NCBI GenBank assembly: GCA_951406725.2
Contig: OX597832.1
Location: forward strand, 26,908,001 to 26,972,000
Length of the DNA stretch: 64,000 nt
Source of the DNA: Octopus vulgaris
Taxonomy: Eukaryota
Direction of reading: 5' to 3'
A program made the translations under genes and the position numbers. Below, one piece after another: positions 63,697-64,000 of this stretch. The notes beneath the pieces are model-generated. The model searched no databases. It was not told the origin of the DNA and saw only the letters and a list, made by a program, of their open reading frames with translations. Positions within the stretch are counted from its first letter, which is position 1; each line of letters begins with the position of its first letter.

Positions 63697-64000
63697 TGAT
63701 TTGACTTGACTTGAGACAGCATTCACCCGGGGTGGGTTGAGCTGGCTTCATTCATCCTTAATGCTGCATCTCTCACAAACGCCGACCAGACCTGGTGAGT
63801 TGAGGCTAATGACCGCATGATCTCCAACCACTCCTTATTCCAGTGGCGAACGCCGTAGACATGGGGGCCTAGGTTGGGTTCCAGATCAGCCTTGACTGTC
63901 ATCAGCCAGGTTTTTTTGTTGTCCACCACATCGCTTTCGCCAACCCTGTAGGGGAGCTGGGGCAATTGCTTCGTAGATGAATTCTCCTGGTTGACGACGG
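63697..64000 (-). mobile_element. RTE-clade LINE 3' end with (CAAGT)n tail
   Basis: ...KTWLMTVKADLEPNLGPHVYGVRHWNKEWLEIMRSLASTHQVWSAFVRDA...PG*, followed by TCAAGTCAAGTCAAATC. Confidence 0.8.

Overview
Eukaryotic, AT-rich, repeat-dense animal DNA; the SINE/RTE repertoire and microsatellite load suggest an octopus/coleoid cephalopod (inference, no database search run). Two intron-containing genes lie on the minus strand, both reconstructed by hand with GT-AG junctions whose reading phases match. (1) The 5' coding part of nardilysin (NRDC, M16A/insulinase family): 7 exons, 10470->1370, with an acidic insert and the HFLEH inverzincin motif; the gene runs off the left edge. (2) The 3' part of a CLIP4/CLIP3-type CAP-Gly linker protein: 9 exons, 62181->35896, three GKNDG CAP-Gly domains, stop at 35896; the 5' ankyrin part lies off the right edge. 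The rest is tRNA-derived SINEs, RTE and REL-type LINE fragments, mariner and DD37D fossils, non-autonomous Helitrons, piggyBac-like MITEs, palindromes and mini/microsatellites. Most ORF-track entries are microsatellite or TE artefacts. Best leads: a ~184-bp inverted repeat pair bracketing one symmetric CLIP4 exon (skipping/circRNA/ADAR architecture); a hammerhead-ribozyme fold with a compensatory G3:C8 core in an NRDC intron; candidate in-frame microexons in the CLIP4 linker; and an 8 x 140-bp satellite derived from an RTE 3' end, upstream of NRDC.
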